The position numbers and the translations under genes are program-made. The notes below the pieces were generated by a model. The model was not told the origin of the DNA, searched no databases, and saw only the letters and a program-made list of their open reading frames with translations. DNA of 63,648 bases, counting the filler, from Phoronis australis (Eukaryota; Animalia; Phoronida): the NCBI GenBank assembly GCA_002633005.1. It is 11 parts of 11 records of this genome, joined end to end, with 100 filler letters (N's around TTAATTAATTAA, not from the genome) between each part and the next. Parts side by side here need not be neighbours in the genome. Positions count along the whole stretch, not along the records: positions 49,608 to 58,615 come from NMRA01001558.1; positions 58,716 to 61,384 come from NMRA01003510.1; positions 61,485 to 63,648 come from NMRA01001833.1; 8 more parts are not named here. The stretch is one strand, 5' to 3'. Shown here in pieces: positions 52,294 through 63,276 of this stretch; position 1 is the stretch's first letter, and every line of letters starts with the position of its first letter.

Positions 52294-54173
52294 AGTTGAC
52301 ATCTAATGTCCACACAGCCCCACTGTGTCCTCGGAAGGTGCCCAATCGTTCACCATTCAATGAATACCAGACGTTGGGTTCTTGATCTTTTGCCGATGAG
52401 AACAGAAGGTCCCCCTCTCTACTGTACTTGATCTGTGTTATGGACCTTTCATGCCCGTGTAACATAAGGGGTTTCTGAAAAAGAAGACGTGTTGTTCACG
52501 CTACACTTTGTCTATCATTACTCTCCATCTGAAGGGCAAAGCGGGATTCACCAATCCGATTTACCTGCTTATTGCCCGAGCCCTTACTCATATGATTTAC
52601 AGCACAGGCATGGAAATAAGCTCCGATGGCGACAGTTACCACACACTGAAGGGCAGAGGTGGATTCAGCACAAGTCATCCTAGTGTTGTAGATGTGCTTC
52701 CGGTGAATTATATGAGCCTCTGTTAGCTACTCGCTAACGGGCAATTGCCTATTAGCTGAATGGTTAGCACGCTTGCCGGTTTTATGGGGGTCGCGGGTTC
52801 GATCCCCGAGTCGGGTGATCTCGGCTATTACTACACTAGTTATGCCTCACGGAGCGGAGTACTTACAATGTACGGCCAATCTGTACAGCTGAAAGCCTAC
52901 ACAACCAGCTGTCACCAAGGTCCAGATTTGACAGGCCAAGTTCCCGGGTTTGGTGATGTTTTTATGCTGGTGCCATCCGGGAAACTATCACATGGACGAA
53001 TCACAGGACAGCACAGGACAAGAACAAGGATGAATGATGTTTACTATTACAACACTGTTAATTTCAGATTCTCTCGGAATTACCTTTCCTGCACTCCACA
53101 GAGGCAGCCCTGTGTAACCGTCTCTGTGTGCTGGCAACGTATTACAAAAGGCTCAAAGACTTCATAAGAGAAAATGGCCATGTGTCCTTGTTGAAGAGGT
53201 CATCTGAAGGTGATTGTTGTATTTAGTGTTATTTTGATGAAAACAACGGTGGATTTAAATCGACTTGACATGTTTTGGCGTTTATCGCCATCCTCAGAAG
53301 CATAAAACAGTGGCTACCTTGCTAGGCCCAACAACAAGTAATGATACATAGCAGGGCTCGACATAACGAGCTGCAGGTCGCATTTGCGACCTGAAATTTG
53401 GAAATGCGAGCTGAGATTTTTGTCAACNCGAGTCGGGTGATCTCGGCTATTACTACAAATGGCGTAGTCGGCAAACGGATGATCTACCGATGAAGCACTG
53501 CCAAATGGTACCCACAGACCTCGGTACAGCGCGCGTGGAAGGTTCCAGGAGTCAAGGAGCTGTATGAGAGACGACCTTGTGTTCACCTGTGTTGTGGTGG
53601 TAAAGGTACCAAGGGACGTTGATGACCTGTATGCGAGACATCCTGGTGTTCACCTTCCTGTCGCGTGCCCGTTCCGAAGGAAAGGGGGGAATGTTGTAGA
53701 TGTGCTTCCGGTGAATTATATGAGCCTCTGTTAGCTACTCGCTAACGGGCAATTGCCTATTAGCTGAATGGTTAGCACGCTAGCCGGTTTTATGGGGGTC
53801 GCGGGTTCGATCCCCGTGTCGGGTAATCTCGGCTATTACTACACTAGCCTACACTAGCCTCATGGGTCTTTCATATTCATAAGCCTCGCCTGGTTGGATC
53901 ACAGGCGTCCTCAGCTTCTGATCGTCCCCAATACACTACATATAATTAGTATTATATGTAGTGTATTGGGGACGATCAGAAGCTGAGGACGCCTGTGCTG
54001 TGGTGGGTTGGATGGTACGAAGTTAGCTGGATGGCTAACGTCAACCACATTATGTAAATTTTACATACTAATTTCAAGTCAGAGGCGACAAATTAGCTAA
54101 AATCAATGGCACAAAGTATCTAATGACTATAAACATAAACACGAATGATTACTGTACTATAAACTCTCACCAT
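52294..54173 (-). CDS. EIF3I: Eukaryotic translation initiation factor 3 subunit I, first two coding exons (rest beyond the gap)
   Basis: Exon 1 supplies only the ATG (54171-54173, aaaATG|gtgaga). Exon 2 (52294-52474) encodes [51 protein letters not shown] and is followed by a GTATCCTT donor. Confidence 0.93.
52684..52835 (+). mobile_element. Solo LTR (152 bp) containing a tRNA-derived segment; 4-bp TSD CTAG
   Basis: TGTTGTA...TACTACA ends with ctag on both sides; A box tagctgaatgg at 52753 and B box ggttcgatccc at 52796; 149/152 identical to 53692-53843. Confidence 0.88.
53263..53301 (-). ncRNA. Degenerate minimal type I hammerhead ribozyme (Penelope-type)
   Basis: Minus strand reads gctt-CTGAGGA-t-ggcg-ataaa-cgcc-aAAAC-AT-GTC-aagt. 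Stems I and II and the palindromic stem III are present, but the core G of GAAA is A. Confidence 0.55.
53352..53427 (+). mobile_element. Left terminus of the hAT-like CAGGGCTCGAC family, cut at a single N
   Basis: cagggctcgacataacgagctgcaggtcgcatttgcgacctg... Confidence 0.7.
53429..53843 (+). mobile_element. TRIM (non-autonomous LTR retrotransposon) with tRNA-containing LTRs, Helenus/TRIMp3-like
   Basis: 3' end of the 5' LTR at 53429-53457; PBS tggcgtagtcggca at 53460-53473 (complementary to the tRNA-Ser 3' end); 234-bp non-coding interior; PPT gaaggaaaggggggaa at 53676-53691; 3' LTR at 53692-53843; then ctag. Confidence 0.9.
53900..53997. repeat. Perfect 98-bp hairpin (47-bp arms, 4-nt loop); MITE-like with CACAGG ends
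   Basis: cacaggcgtcctcagcttctgatcgtccccaatacactacatataat-tagt-exact reverse complement; ggttggat occurs on both sides. Confidence 0.92.
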
Positions 54174-54448
54174 TTTACAGAAATATGTGAACAACTGTCT
54201 TCCCGGCAAATGAACCACGACCGGAAGTTTCTATCAAATTGCCTATTGCGCATGTGTTTTCAAGATGTCTGCTCCCTTGTGATTCACGTTTTGTTCAAAT
54301 CACAAGCTCTAGAGTTTATCTGCTCCTCGTTTCCACCTGTGACGCCAACGCTGTGTCTCCTTTATTTTCATCAGTTTGTGAGGCATTGCAAGATTCGGTT
54401 GCTTATGGTTCATATAGAATTTGTAACCCCAGCGAACTATCGCTTGTA
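54174..54448. promoter_or_regulatory. Bidirectional promoter/5'UTRs shared by EIF3I and TMEM234
   Basis: 275 bp between the divergent ATGs; ETS motif ccggaagt at 54221-54228. Confidence 0.6.
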
Positions 54449-56618
54449 ATGACCGACTTGTGTAAGTTCATAGCCATAAGCCTGATAAAGCCGGTAAAGG
54501 TCATGAATTAAGTTGACGTTGGCAAAGAATTCCATCCCCTTGCACTTTTTGGTCGCCGTTAATTAACTTTTTCACTGTGTGCACAAACCACAGAGAATTT
54601 CAATTGACTTCACATGAGTTAGGCAACAACAAGCGTGATATTGAACAAACCTCGTGACCTGGTGCACGACATTTGCAAAATGTAGATTGCGTAGAAATCC
54701 AGTGGAAGTTGTAAGATTTGTGTCCCTTGGACTTTTCGCTTGTCACGTGCCATGATTTCACGGAATTTCCGAAAAATGGCACCCGGCGAGAGGAGCTGTG
54801 CTCGAGTCTAGTGAAACTCGAAAGGTTTTCAGGGATTTGTTTAAATTATGTTGACAAAATTGTCCCCAGAGTCACGGTATTTTTAATTATAACCTACTGT
54901 GTTCATATGCATGCTTACTATAAGCTGAGCAATTACTTTGACTTGCATGCCAGCGGCATTGCAGGGCGATGTAATTACCTTGCTTAGAGTAAACTGGTCA
55001 GCTCATATGCCAGCCAAAATTTGGGGAATCTCTTCAGCAAATTACGCCTCAAACTAGCTAAACCATCAAATTAACTTTAATTGCTTTAAGTATAAATTGG
55101 AGCGCAGAGGTGTTGCAGCCCTGTCTGATACCTGCGCCAAACTGCTTTGGTGCACTTCAATCTATCATGGGTTGGTGAACCAAACTGATGCATGTGCCAA
55201 ACTGAAGCTACCATTAGTTCCCAAGTTAGTGCCAATGATTTTTTGGATTTTTTAATGCTCATCAGACCCATAATTGACGAAAAAGAGTACTCATGTATCC
55301 TTATATGGATTAACCACATGTAGGAAGTGTCCTGATAAACTATTACGCACCACCCCACACTCATTGCATTCAATTTCTTTTCTGATAACTGTTAAGTAAT
55401 CCTATAAACTACTGATAGTAATTTGAGAACATACAGTTACCCGTAGTTTCAGTTTGGTATAGGCACCAGTTAGGGTTGCAACAGAGGCACACTTTCGGAA
55501 GCTTTCAACTCTTTCCAACTCGAACAAATATGATGAGTGCGCCATCTTGGAAGCTTTTTTTAGTTACCGCTTAATCGTCTCCTTCCGCTCACTCACAGTG
55601 TTAATTAGGTCAAGGTGAAGCCAGAAACTTCAGACTAGAATAAATCTTGTTTGCGGTGATGACTCTTCCTGTTGAACTAATTGACTCTGTGGTTATGGTG
55701 TGGGATTAAACAGTTCTCTGTGTTAAAAAAATAAAATAAAGGAGGGTTCCATTCCAAAACAATGGTTTTCAAAGATGGCGCTAGGTGGAGCTTTCACACT
55801 ATTGTAAAGAAGGAATGCTTAGAATTTTGAAATCCAAGGAATAGGTTACCTGTAGGAATTTCACTGACATTAGGAGGCGATGCTACCAAGTCAGATTAGA
55901 TACAGGTTGGAGGTCACGTGAGTGGTCAGGTACGATAATAACATGGCATTAACTTGATTCTGCTTTGAGTTGTGATTGCTATTCCTAATAAGATGGACAA
56001 TTCTAACTTTCACATATTTTTCCATGGAATTACTTGTCATTGTTATAATCATTTCCTAATACCAGATAAAAGATAAAAACGACAAAATATCACTGTTACC
56101 AAAAGAACACTCTGAAATACACCTTGAATAATGGTGAAAATAGTTCCCATTGCAGCAGTATGATGGAGGCAAGGTAGCAGTTCATTGGTGTATAACAATT
56201 GTGCAAAAACAGGAAAGGGGCAGTGTGGGAAACGCAGTGGTTGATGCCATCAACAGGGCAGCCGCCAGCATATGGAGAGAATTGCCATGACGACCACATA
56301 TGAGTCCTGCTGAAACTTTAACCACAATCTGCTGGATGTCAAATACTCATGACTCCCATTTCCCAGAGAAAGTCAGGTATTGTATTCACACTGTTATTGT
56401 TTTGCTTTGGTTTTGAACTGTAAATGTTCTGTAAATTCTCAGAGAGTGACCATTTTGTCTTTTTAGATCAAGGTTTTTGGTTAACTGTTGTGGCTGTCTT
56501 GTGGGGCGGGACCAACCCATTCATCAAACGGGGTAGTGCAGGCATTGAGAACATCAAGGAGGCGTCTGCCATCCATCAGTTCTTCTGTGAACTGAAGTTT
56601 TTGATTTTCAATTGGAAG
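54449..56618 (+). CDS. TMEM234: Transmembrane protein 234, first two coding exons
   Basis: Exon 56467-56618 (152 bp) encodes QGFWLTVVAVLWGGTNPFIKRGSAGIE...ELKFL..NWK. The best phase-1 first exon is ATGACCGACTTGT|gtaagt at 54449-54461 (less certain). Confidence 0.88.
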
Positions 56619-57491
56619 GTGAGCTGCTGTTGCCTTTTACAAATTTTAGACTGAAACAATGATGGGATTTTATTAGGAATTTTGTATTTTCTATAATCTA
56701 TTCTTTTCGTTGTTGTTGTTTTATATTAATTTTTTTAACTCAAAATTTGAAGGCCCACTTACTGTACAGTATAATTGAAGTTTCAACAAAGTTTTGAAAT
56801 TCGTTACAATTAATAAAGTCAAAATGTTTGTAATTTCCATATTTAATTATTGATGATATGATAATGGTATTGCTCAGGCAAGCAGACCCTCTTTAAGAGA
56901 GGATTTTGCTTTAACAAAAACTTTTAGTTAATAAACTGTGTTGTAACTCCTTCAGAATCAATTTTTGTGAGGATGGTGCATCTTTGGATTGTGATGTCCT
57001 GATGAAACTGTTAAATGGTTCTTTAAATCAATCAATTTTGTGTCCGACACTAAGGTTTGATAAGTCATGACTTGATTTAAAAAATTCAACATAGTTTTTG
57101 TTAGAACTTATTTTCAGCTGTGAGTGCAACAGAGAAAATCATATTCAATACCTGGTGACTCAAAGTATTTTGCATTGACTTAGTTTAGACCTTTTCCTCT
57201 TGGAAATGGCAAACTTTGGACTTCTGAACAGGCTGATTCTCCACGCAATGTGCGTTACTGTGTATTGTACCAACTTTAAGGTTATCTCAAGCCTTATTGA
57301 GTAGCATTCATTCTAACTCGTATATATCAAAAACAGGCTTTGTCAACTAGTAAAAGTATATATTTTGTGAAAGAAAAAAATCAGTGATGATAAAAATATA
57401 TTTTATGTGCCATTATTGTTATTACGTTAACACCTTTTAAGTCGAAATTTCATTTTCAGGAAAGGTACATTCGTAGCAAAATAACACCTCA

Positions 57492-58060
57492 GGGCTGTTC
57501 CAGTAAAATCTGTATGGGAGGGGGGAAGGCACCTTGTTTTCGCACCCCCCACCCAGATTTTTCATTTATTTCTTCAGCCTACCACCCGTAATTTTTTATA
57601 AGTTTGAAATGCAACCACCCGTAATTTTTTTTTGTTCTTGTGGTTGACTGCACAGGCGCTTGAGTTTATCTGTTCCTCCATAACCACTAACGTCATTCAT
57701 TACTAAGAAAACATATGTTTCTTATATATGGTTATTAGCCATCGAGAAATTCGAGCACCTGTGGTTAAATGGTGTTATGGACATGCCAATGAGGAGATCG
57801 GAGGGAGTGAAAAAGTCGGAGCTTTTTGCAAGTTGCATTTTTGTTTCAGTTTTTGATTCTGTGCGGATTTTTTATAAAATTTACTAAAATTACCCACCAT
57901 CAAACATTTATGGCCGAGTGAAACAACAACGACCTGTAAATTTTTATTTTTTTGAAGTACGACCACCAGCCATTTTGAATTTAAATCAAATGCAACCACC
58001 CATAATTTTTTATTTCAGTTGCCTTCCCCCCCTCCCACACAGATTTTGCTGGAACAGCCC
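57492..58060. mobile_element. PIF/Harbinger-type MITE (569 bp)
   Basis: ~40-bp TIR gggctgttccag(t/c)aaaatctgt(a/g)tgggagggggg(g)aaggca, 3-bp TSD TCA and internal accacccgtaatttttt repeats. Confidence 0.85.
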
Positions 58061-58171
58061 TCAGTTGATTTTAGTGAAACTTTTTTATTTTTAATGAAAA
58101 CTTCACCAGTTATCTCAAAAATGCTGTTAGGAATTTCAATGAGTCTTTTAGTTTAGTTTCGATAACAAGTC

Positions 58172-58249
58172 ATTTGTGTGGTTCCAACGTGGTTCTATTT
58201 GTGTGGTTCCAACGTGGTTCTATTTGTGTGGTTCCAACGTGGTTCTATT
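58172..58249 (+). repeat. 25-bp tandem repeat x3
   Basis: atttgtgtggttccaacgtggttct three times. Confidence 0.92.
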
Positions 58250-58484
58250 AAATCTTTTTTCTCGCTGCATTGTATACATTTCGTTTGTGAAGTTCGCTGA
58301 GAAATAAGAAGATGAAGGTATTTTGGTAGACATGTTTGTATTACTGTAAAAATGTCCAATTTTTGTGAATAAGATTTGAGATGTCCTTAAATTGGAAATA
58401 GTTCAGCACTCCGTTCTCATCCGTTGTTGTTGTTGTCTCATTTCAGTATATGCTACCTTTTCTGGTAAATCAAAGTGGCTCTGT

Positions 58485-58615
58485 TGTCTACTATTTAACT
58501 CTAGCATCTGCTGGTGAGTAGATATCTGTCTACTATTTAACTCTAGCATCTGCGGGTGAGTAGATATCTGTCTACTATTTAACTCTAGCATCTGCGGGTG
58601 AGTAGATATCTGTCT
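58485..58615 (+). repeat. 42-bp tandem repeat (>=3 copies, runs into the gap)
   Basis: tgtctactatttaactctagcatctgc(t/g)ggtgagtagatatc. Confidence 0.92.
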
Positions 58616-59943
58616 NNNNNNNNNNNNNNNNNNNNNNNNNNNNNNNNNNNNNNNNNNNNTTAATTAATTAANNNNNNNNNNNNNNNNNNNNNNNNNNNNN
58701 NNNNNNNNNNNNNNNCCAACTAAAATAACATTGAATTCTCTCTTTAAAATTTGTCTTCACGAGGCAAGTTTAAAAACAAGGTAATGAGCCCTAACAGAAT
58801 AACTGTTGTGCTTTAAAGGTTGGAGCCAGTTACAATTTAACATGAGTCCATAGTTACCTTCAGCACCAAAAATCATACTTCCCACCATGGAATTATTTCC
58901 AAATATTACCATCATATACATCAGCCATTACACCAGTCATTCGTTTTCTTAGTCTTCACTTTTCAATTTTTCTTTAAATCATTCCCATTGACTAGAGTTT
59001 GGAGTGGTGACTGTAAACTGTTGTAGCAGTAAATTTTGATTGGCACAAAATTTGCAGCACTTTTTTAGTGAAGGTTGTCCACAGTGTCTTCACATGTACT
59101 CTAGTGTGTGATCTGGAATACTTCTATGATCCACAGAGTTATGACTGTTTTACTCATTCAACATTTTTAAGACAGCTGCTTAAATTATGTAAAAAAAATT
59201 GCTTTTCATAATTATAACACAGCTATTCAAATCTACTTGATGGTTATCAATGCACTTTGATAGTGCATAAACATTTTTAGGGAAAATGTATTTTTAGGGA
59301 AAATGTTACCAATACCTTTCACAAATATGGAAAATCTCTAAAAAGTGAAATATGGTCAATCATATTTTAAGCAAAGATTTGAGAGCTGCATCTGATATGA
59401 AATATATGGACTGCCCTAGAGTAAGTACAATGTATGGAAACTTTGAGATTAAACCCAAGAATTGTCAGTAGGCTCTATCTCTTGAAGTTCTAAACTTTCA
59501 GAAAATTTAAAATTCAATCGCAGTCGTCATCACCAGTCTCCGAATAATCTTCAGAAAAAGTATGATTGTCACCATCAATCACAGTGCTGGAGTTTTTATT
59601 ACGTTTTCTATATTTTCGTCTGAGAACCTAACTTTCATAATCAATGTCTTCTTGATCAGGAAAAATGTTATCATATTTGCTAACACAGAATACTTTGAAT
59701 CTGTATTGTCGCGGCAAGTTGAAGATTTTCGATAAAAACAAAATTGCAATTGAGTAAAGATTGCTAACAAAAAATAACACTAACATCATGGTTAACATTT
59801 ACTTTACTTACAGGACTGGTGTACTTGTGCTTTGTAATCCTTAAAACAACTATTCAACAGTCTGATACTTCATTCAGAATCCTCTAGTGGCATATACAAC
59901 ACCATCCCTGTCCTGTTGATTCAATCTCTCAGTTCGTCTGGCT

Positions 59944-61130
59944 TTATCGATTTTCTCTCCCCGTTCCCTCGACCTTACAGTTGGCTTTAGTAACACTTGA
60001 TACATCACTCCTGTCAACGTCGTTTTCCATGGGAACCCCAGCATTTATATCCAATTTTGACATGATGTCAACCATTGGATGAGGAACCTTTATTGAATCT
60101 GCACACAAATACCTAAAGCGGTATCCAGAGCATTCCAAGACGACCACCGTTCCTTGGGACATGTGCATCATATTGTAGAACAAAAGACCTCATTTACATT
60201 GGAAATTTTTCCACTAAACATCACCTAATCAAGTCTCTTGTCTCCTAGCCTCCTATAAATAGGCTTAAGGGTAAGAACAATCTCTCTTGAGAGAGTGTTA
60301 GTATGTGGGTGTGCCTGCTCACCATCATTCAAAGCATGGTTATAAAAGCACCGTGACTTATAACCACGTGGGCAACACAAATGATGAGGATCTTCGTCAG
60401 TACTGACGATATGAAAAAAGTGGCCCACACAGCTTGCTCCATTTTATCAAGATCACCAGAATTATCTTTAAGTTAATAGCACGGCCATATTAGTTGATAA
60501 TTTTCTTGATAAGCACCTCTGTTAATTTTCCTCTTCCACCAAGAGATTGAACGCGAGCCTTTTATCTTTCCATGTGTTGCCTCATTGCTGTTCCCATCCA
60601 TTTCGATACATGATGATGAGTGCAATCAGCTTTGTCAACAGGGTAAAAATTAGCTTGCTGTAGGGCAGCAAACGTTATGGCATCGTCACTAAGTAAAGTA
60701 GTGTATCGAATCTTGTGGCGATCAAGTGATCATCCAAATAAAGTCTGGGCAGGTTTGGTCTCCATGGCGGCTGAGATACACTCAATATTTTTTTACTCTT
60801 TTCACGGTGACCGTTAAATCCTTCCACATACTCTGGACTGTCAAGTTTGAGACCTGCTTCACATGACTGACAAAAATTACTCAGCAACATGATCAATAAT
60901 TAAGCCAGTGTAGACGTTGATCACAGTGGTGATACCATAATGAGAATTTCTCCCTCTTTTTTGTCTGCTGTCCTCAAAACTAACAGAGATGTCCAGCACA
61001 TCATTATCATCTGGTTTCTTAGACCTGCCTCAGCGTAGGTACTTCTTACCAGTTCTGCAGCTTCTTGCAGATGGTCGTCTGCTGCTCCTTTGGCTCCTCT
61101 ATGAAGGCTGACCTTGTGAAGCTGCCAGGT
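59944..61130 (-). pseudogene. Decayed DDE transposase of Kolobok / 'Mutator-like transposase domain' type
   Basis: Across frameshifts: LLSNFCQSC, HKIRYTTLLSDD, KADCTHHVSKWMGTAMR, LGGRGKLT..LI..I...YGRAI, FFH..STDEDPHH..CPRG..S.CFY, LKPIYRRL. Confidence 0.7.
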
Positions 61131-61214
61131 TTTATGATACATAGGTTGTTGAATTGAACAGGTGTAACAGCTCGGGGAATGAAATGTAGTGATGGATTTT
61201 ACCTCTGGAACCAG

Positions 61215-61384
61215 TGGATTTCCCTTGTCCCAGGGTTCTGGAATGTATGGCTGAATGGCACAGCCCCGTGAAGTTTCGTGTGTATCGCGAAGTTTTTCGT
61301 GCATATGAATAAACTGCTGCATTCAAACTTTCGCAAATGTTCGTGTTGAATAGATATTTCATATCTGTTAGCTGTTCCTGGTTG
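61215..61384 (-). pseudogene. Second transposase C-terminal fragment (NTN.CESLN motif)
   Basis: LFNTNICESLNAAVYSYARK...RNFTGLCHSAIHS...GQGKS resembles the third-catalytic-Glu region of the same transposase class. Confidence 0.55.
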
Positions 61385-62199
61385 NNNNNNNNNNNNNNNN
61401 NNNNNNNNNNNNNNNNNNNNNNNNNNNNTTAATTAATTAANNNNNNNNNNNNNNNNNNNNNNNNNNNNNNNNNNNNNNNNNNNNCGGGAAAGATACAATA
61501 CGGCCAATCCCGTTACCAGTACGCTGCGTCTGTTCTGAAGGGCCAGACCATATAGTGTGATACTTTCCTCGCAAGATCAGCAAATCTTTTGCACTGCAGA
61601 ACGGTTTGAGGTGTACAGCCACGGCTAAATACCGACATAGCGGCGAGGCTCGTGGTCTACTAGAAATTCCGCGCACAATGATTTTTCAGGACTGTTATTG
61701 ATAAATTGAATACATTACTGTAGAATTTTAGAACTGTGAGGTAAGGCACAAATATATACACATTCATGAACTGGGCGCTTGTTTTAGCGAAGTCTGAAAA
61801 CGAGTGGGGCGCTTATAGGGGCATGGGCGCTTATTAAGACGTATGTTATAAAAATAATTTTGGCTAAAATGACATTGTACATTACAATAAGAAATCAGTT
61901 CCAAGAAATATAGTATTTCATTTGCTATGAGCACATGGACCGGTCTTCCACCTTTCTCCCCTTTTTTCGTTTCGGACTAGTCCACAAATTCTTTGTGCAC
62001 GACCACACACTGTGTTTTTTTGACGAATTGCGTAACGGGTGACATGTACTGAATCGGTAGGGTCACACTGCGCAAATGTTTTTTTACTGCCGGAGCATCG
62101 ACACGATGACCAAACTGAACCTTAAATTCATGATAAAAACAGCACAAGGAGGAGGAAAATTATTCAGATATATCTGGAAAACGATATATAGTGCTTTTG

Positions 62200-62305
62200 C
62201 GCTCTGAAATCGGCGCCACCTGGGCGACCGGCAAGTCAACTTCTACTCGCCCGGCACCATTTTTACTCGCATTGGCGACTGGGCGAGTGGCTAAGTACAT
62301 CCCTG
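62200..62305. mobile_element. hAT-like terminus (...GTACATCCCTG) with ggcgac/ctcgcc subterminal repeats
   Basis: CAGGG-type end on the - strand and repeated ggcgac/ggcgag motifs. Confidence 0.4.
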
Positions 62306-62835
62306 AAATTGGTACGTTCAGGCACTGCACACTCCAGTACACCATCATGGCCAGCTGATGATCACTTACGAGGTTTTATCAGTGTGCCTCGTTTTCGATC
62401 AGTATTTAAAGATGGCGCGGGAAGATGGCGCTTTCGTGAAATAGGTGAATAACGCTAGTTTTAACCCATCAACTGCGGTCCCTGTTGCACGGTCTTCATT
62501 ATCCAACTTACAGAACCAAGTGAACCCGACGATGAGTTTTATTCCTTGCAGATGCAACAAACTATCAGAGACACAAAATTGAAAATAGATCAGAAATTAA
62601 CACAGATGGCCTAAGTCGTTATATACTGTCACTTTACTTTTTGTTTTCTCTGTGGAAACATTATAACGATAAAATAATCCTGGAAATTGGTAAAAATATA
62701 AATTGATGTCGTGTCTTTCGAAATGACCTCCAACACAATCGGTGAGAAGTATTAAAATATTCTGAGAAATCTAAAACGTTAAAACTTCCTATTGAAAATT
62801 GCGATGCAAAATTGCTTTTCTTAACTGTGGTGGAA

Positions 62836-63276
62836 CTAGAGGAAGTCTAGATGATGAACAAACCATCAAACATACATTAAACCTAGAGGATGACAAACCA
62901 TGCGACAGACAGACAGTAAATATAGTTGATGAGTAAACCCTGCGGCAGGCAGTAAACCTAGAGGATGACGAAATCCTGCGACAGGCAGCAAATCTAGGAG
63001 ATGACCAAACCTTGCCACAGACAGCAAATCAAGAGTACGAAAAACCCTGTGGCAGACAGTAAATCTAGAGAAGGACCAAACCCTGCCACAGGCAGTAAAT
63101 CAAGAGGATGACCAAACCCTGCGAAAGGCAGTAAATCTAGAGGATGACCAAAAACTGCCACAGGCATTAAATCTAGAGGACGACCAAACCATGCGGCAGG
63201 CAATAAATCTAGAGGATGGCCAAACCCTGCAACAGACAGTAAACCTAGAGAATGTGCACACCCTGCGACAGACAGT
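62836..63276 (+). repeat. Diverged 36-bp minisatellite (~11 units)
   Basis: Consensus aaatctagaggatgaccaaaccctgcgacaggcagt. Confidence 0.9.

Noticed and set aside
52746-52817. Functional tRNA gene
   Set aside because: The anticodon arm and acceptor stem are disrupted; it is the tRNA-derived part of the LTR.
52760-53167. 135-aa ORF
   Set aside because: It spans the solo-LTR boundary, is antisense within an intron and has no recognisable motif.
55775-55784. Alternative TMEM234 first exon ATGGCGCTAG|gtggag
   Set aside because: It is phase-compatible, but the donor is weak compared with 54449-54461|gtaagt; not fully excluded without RNA data.
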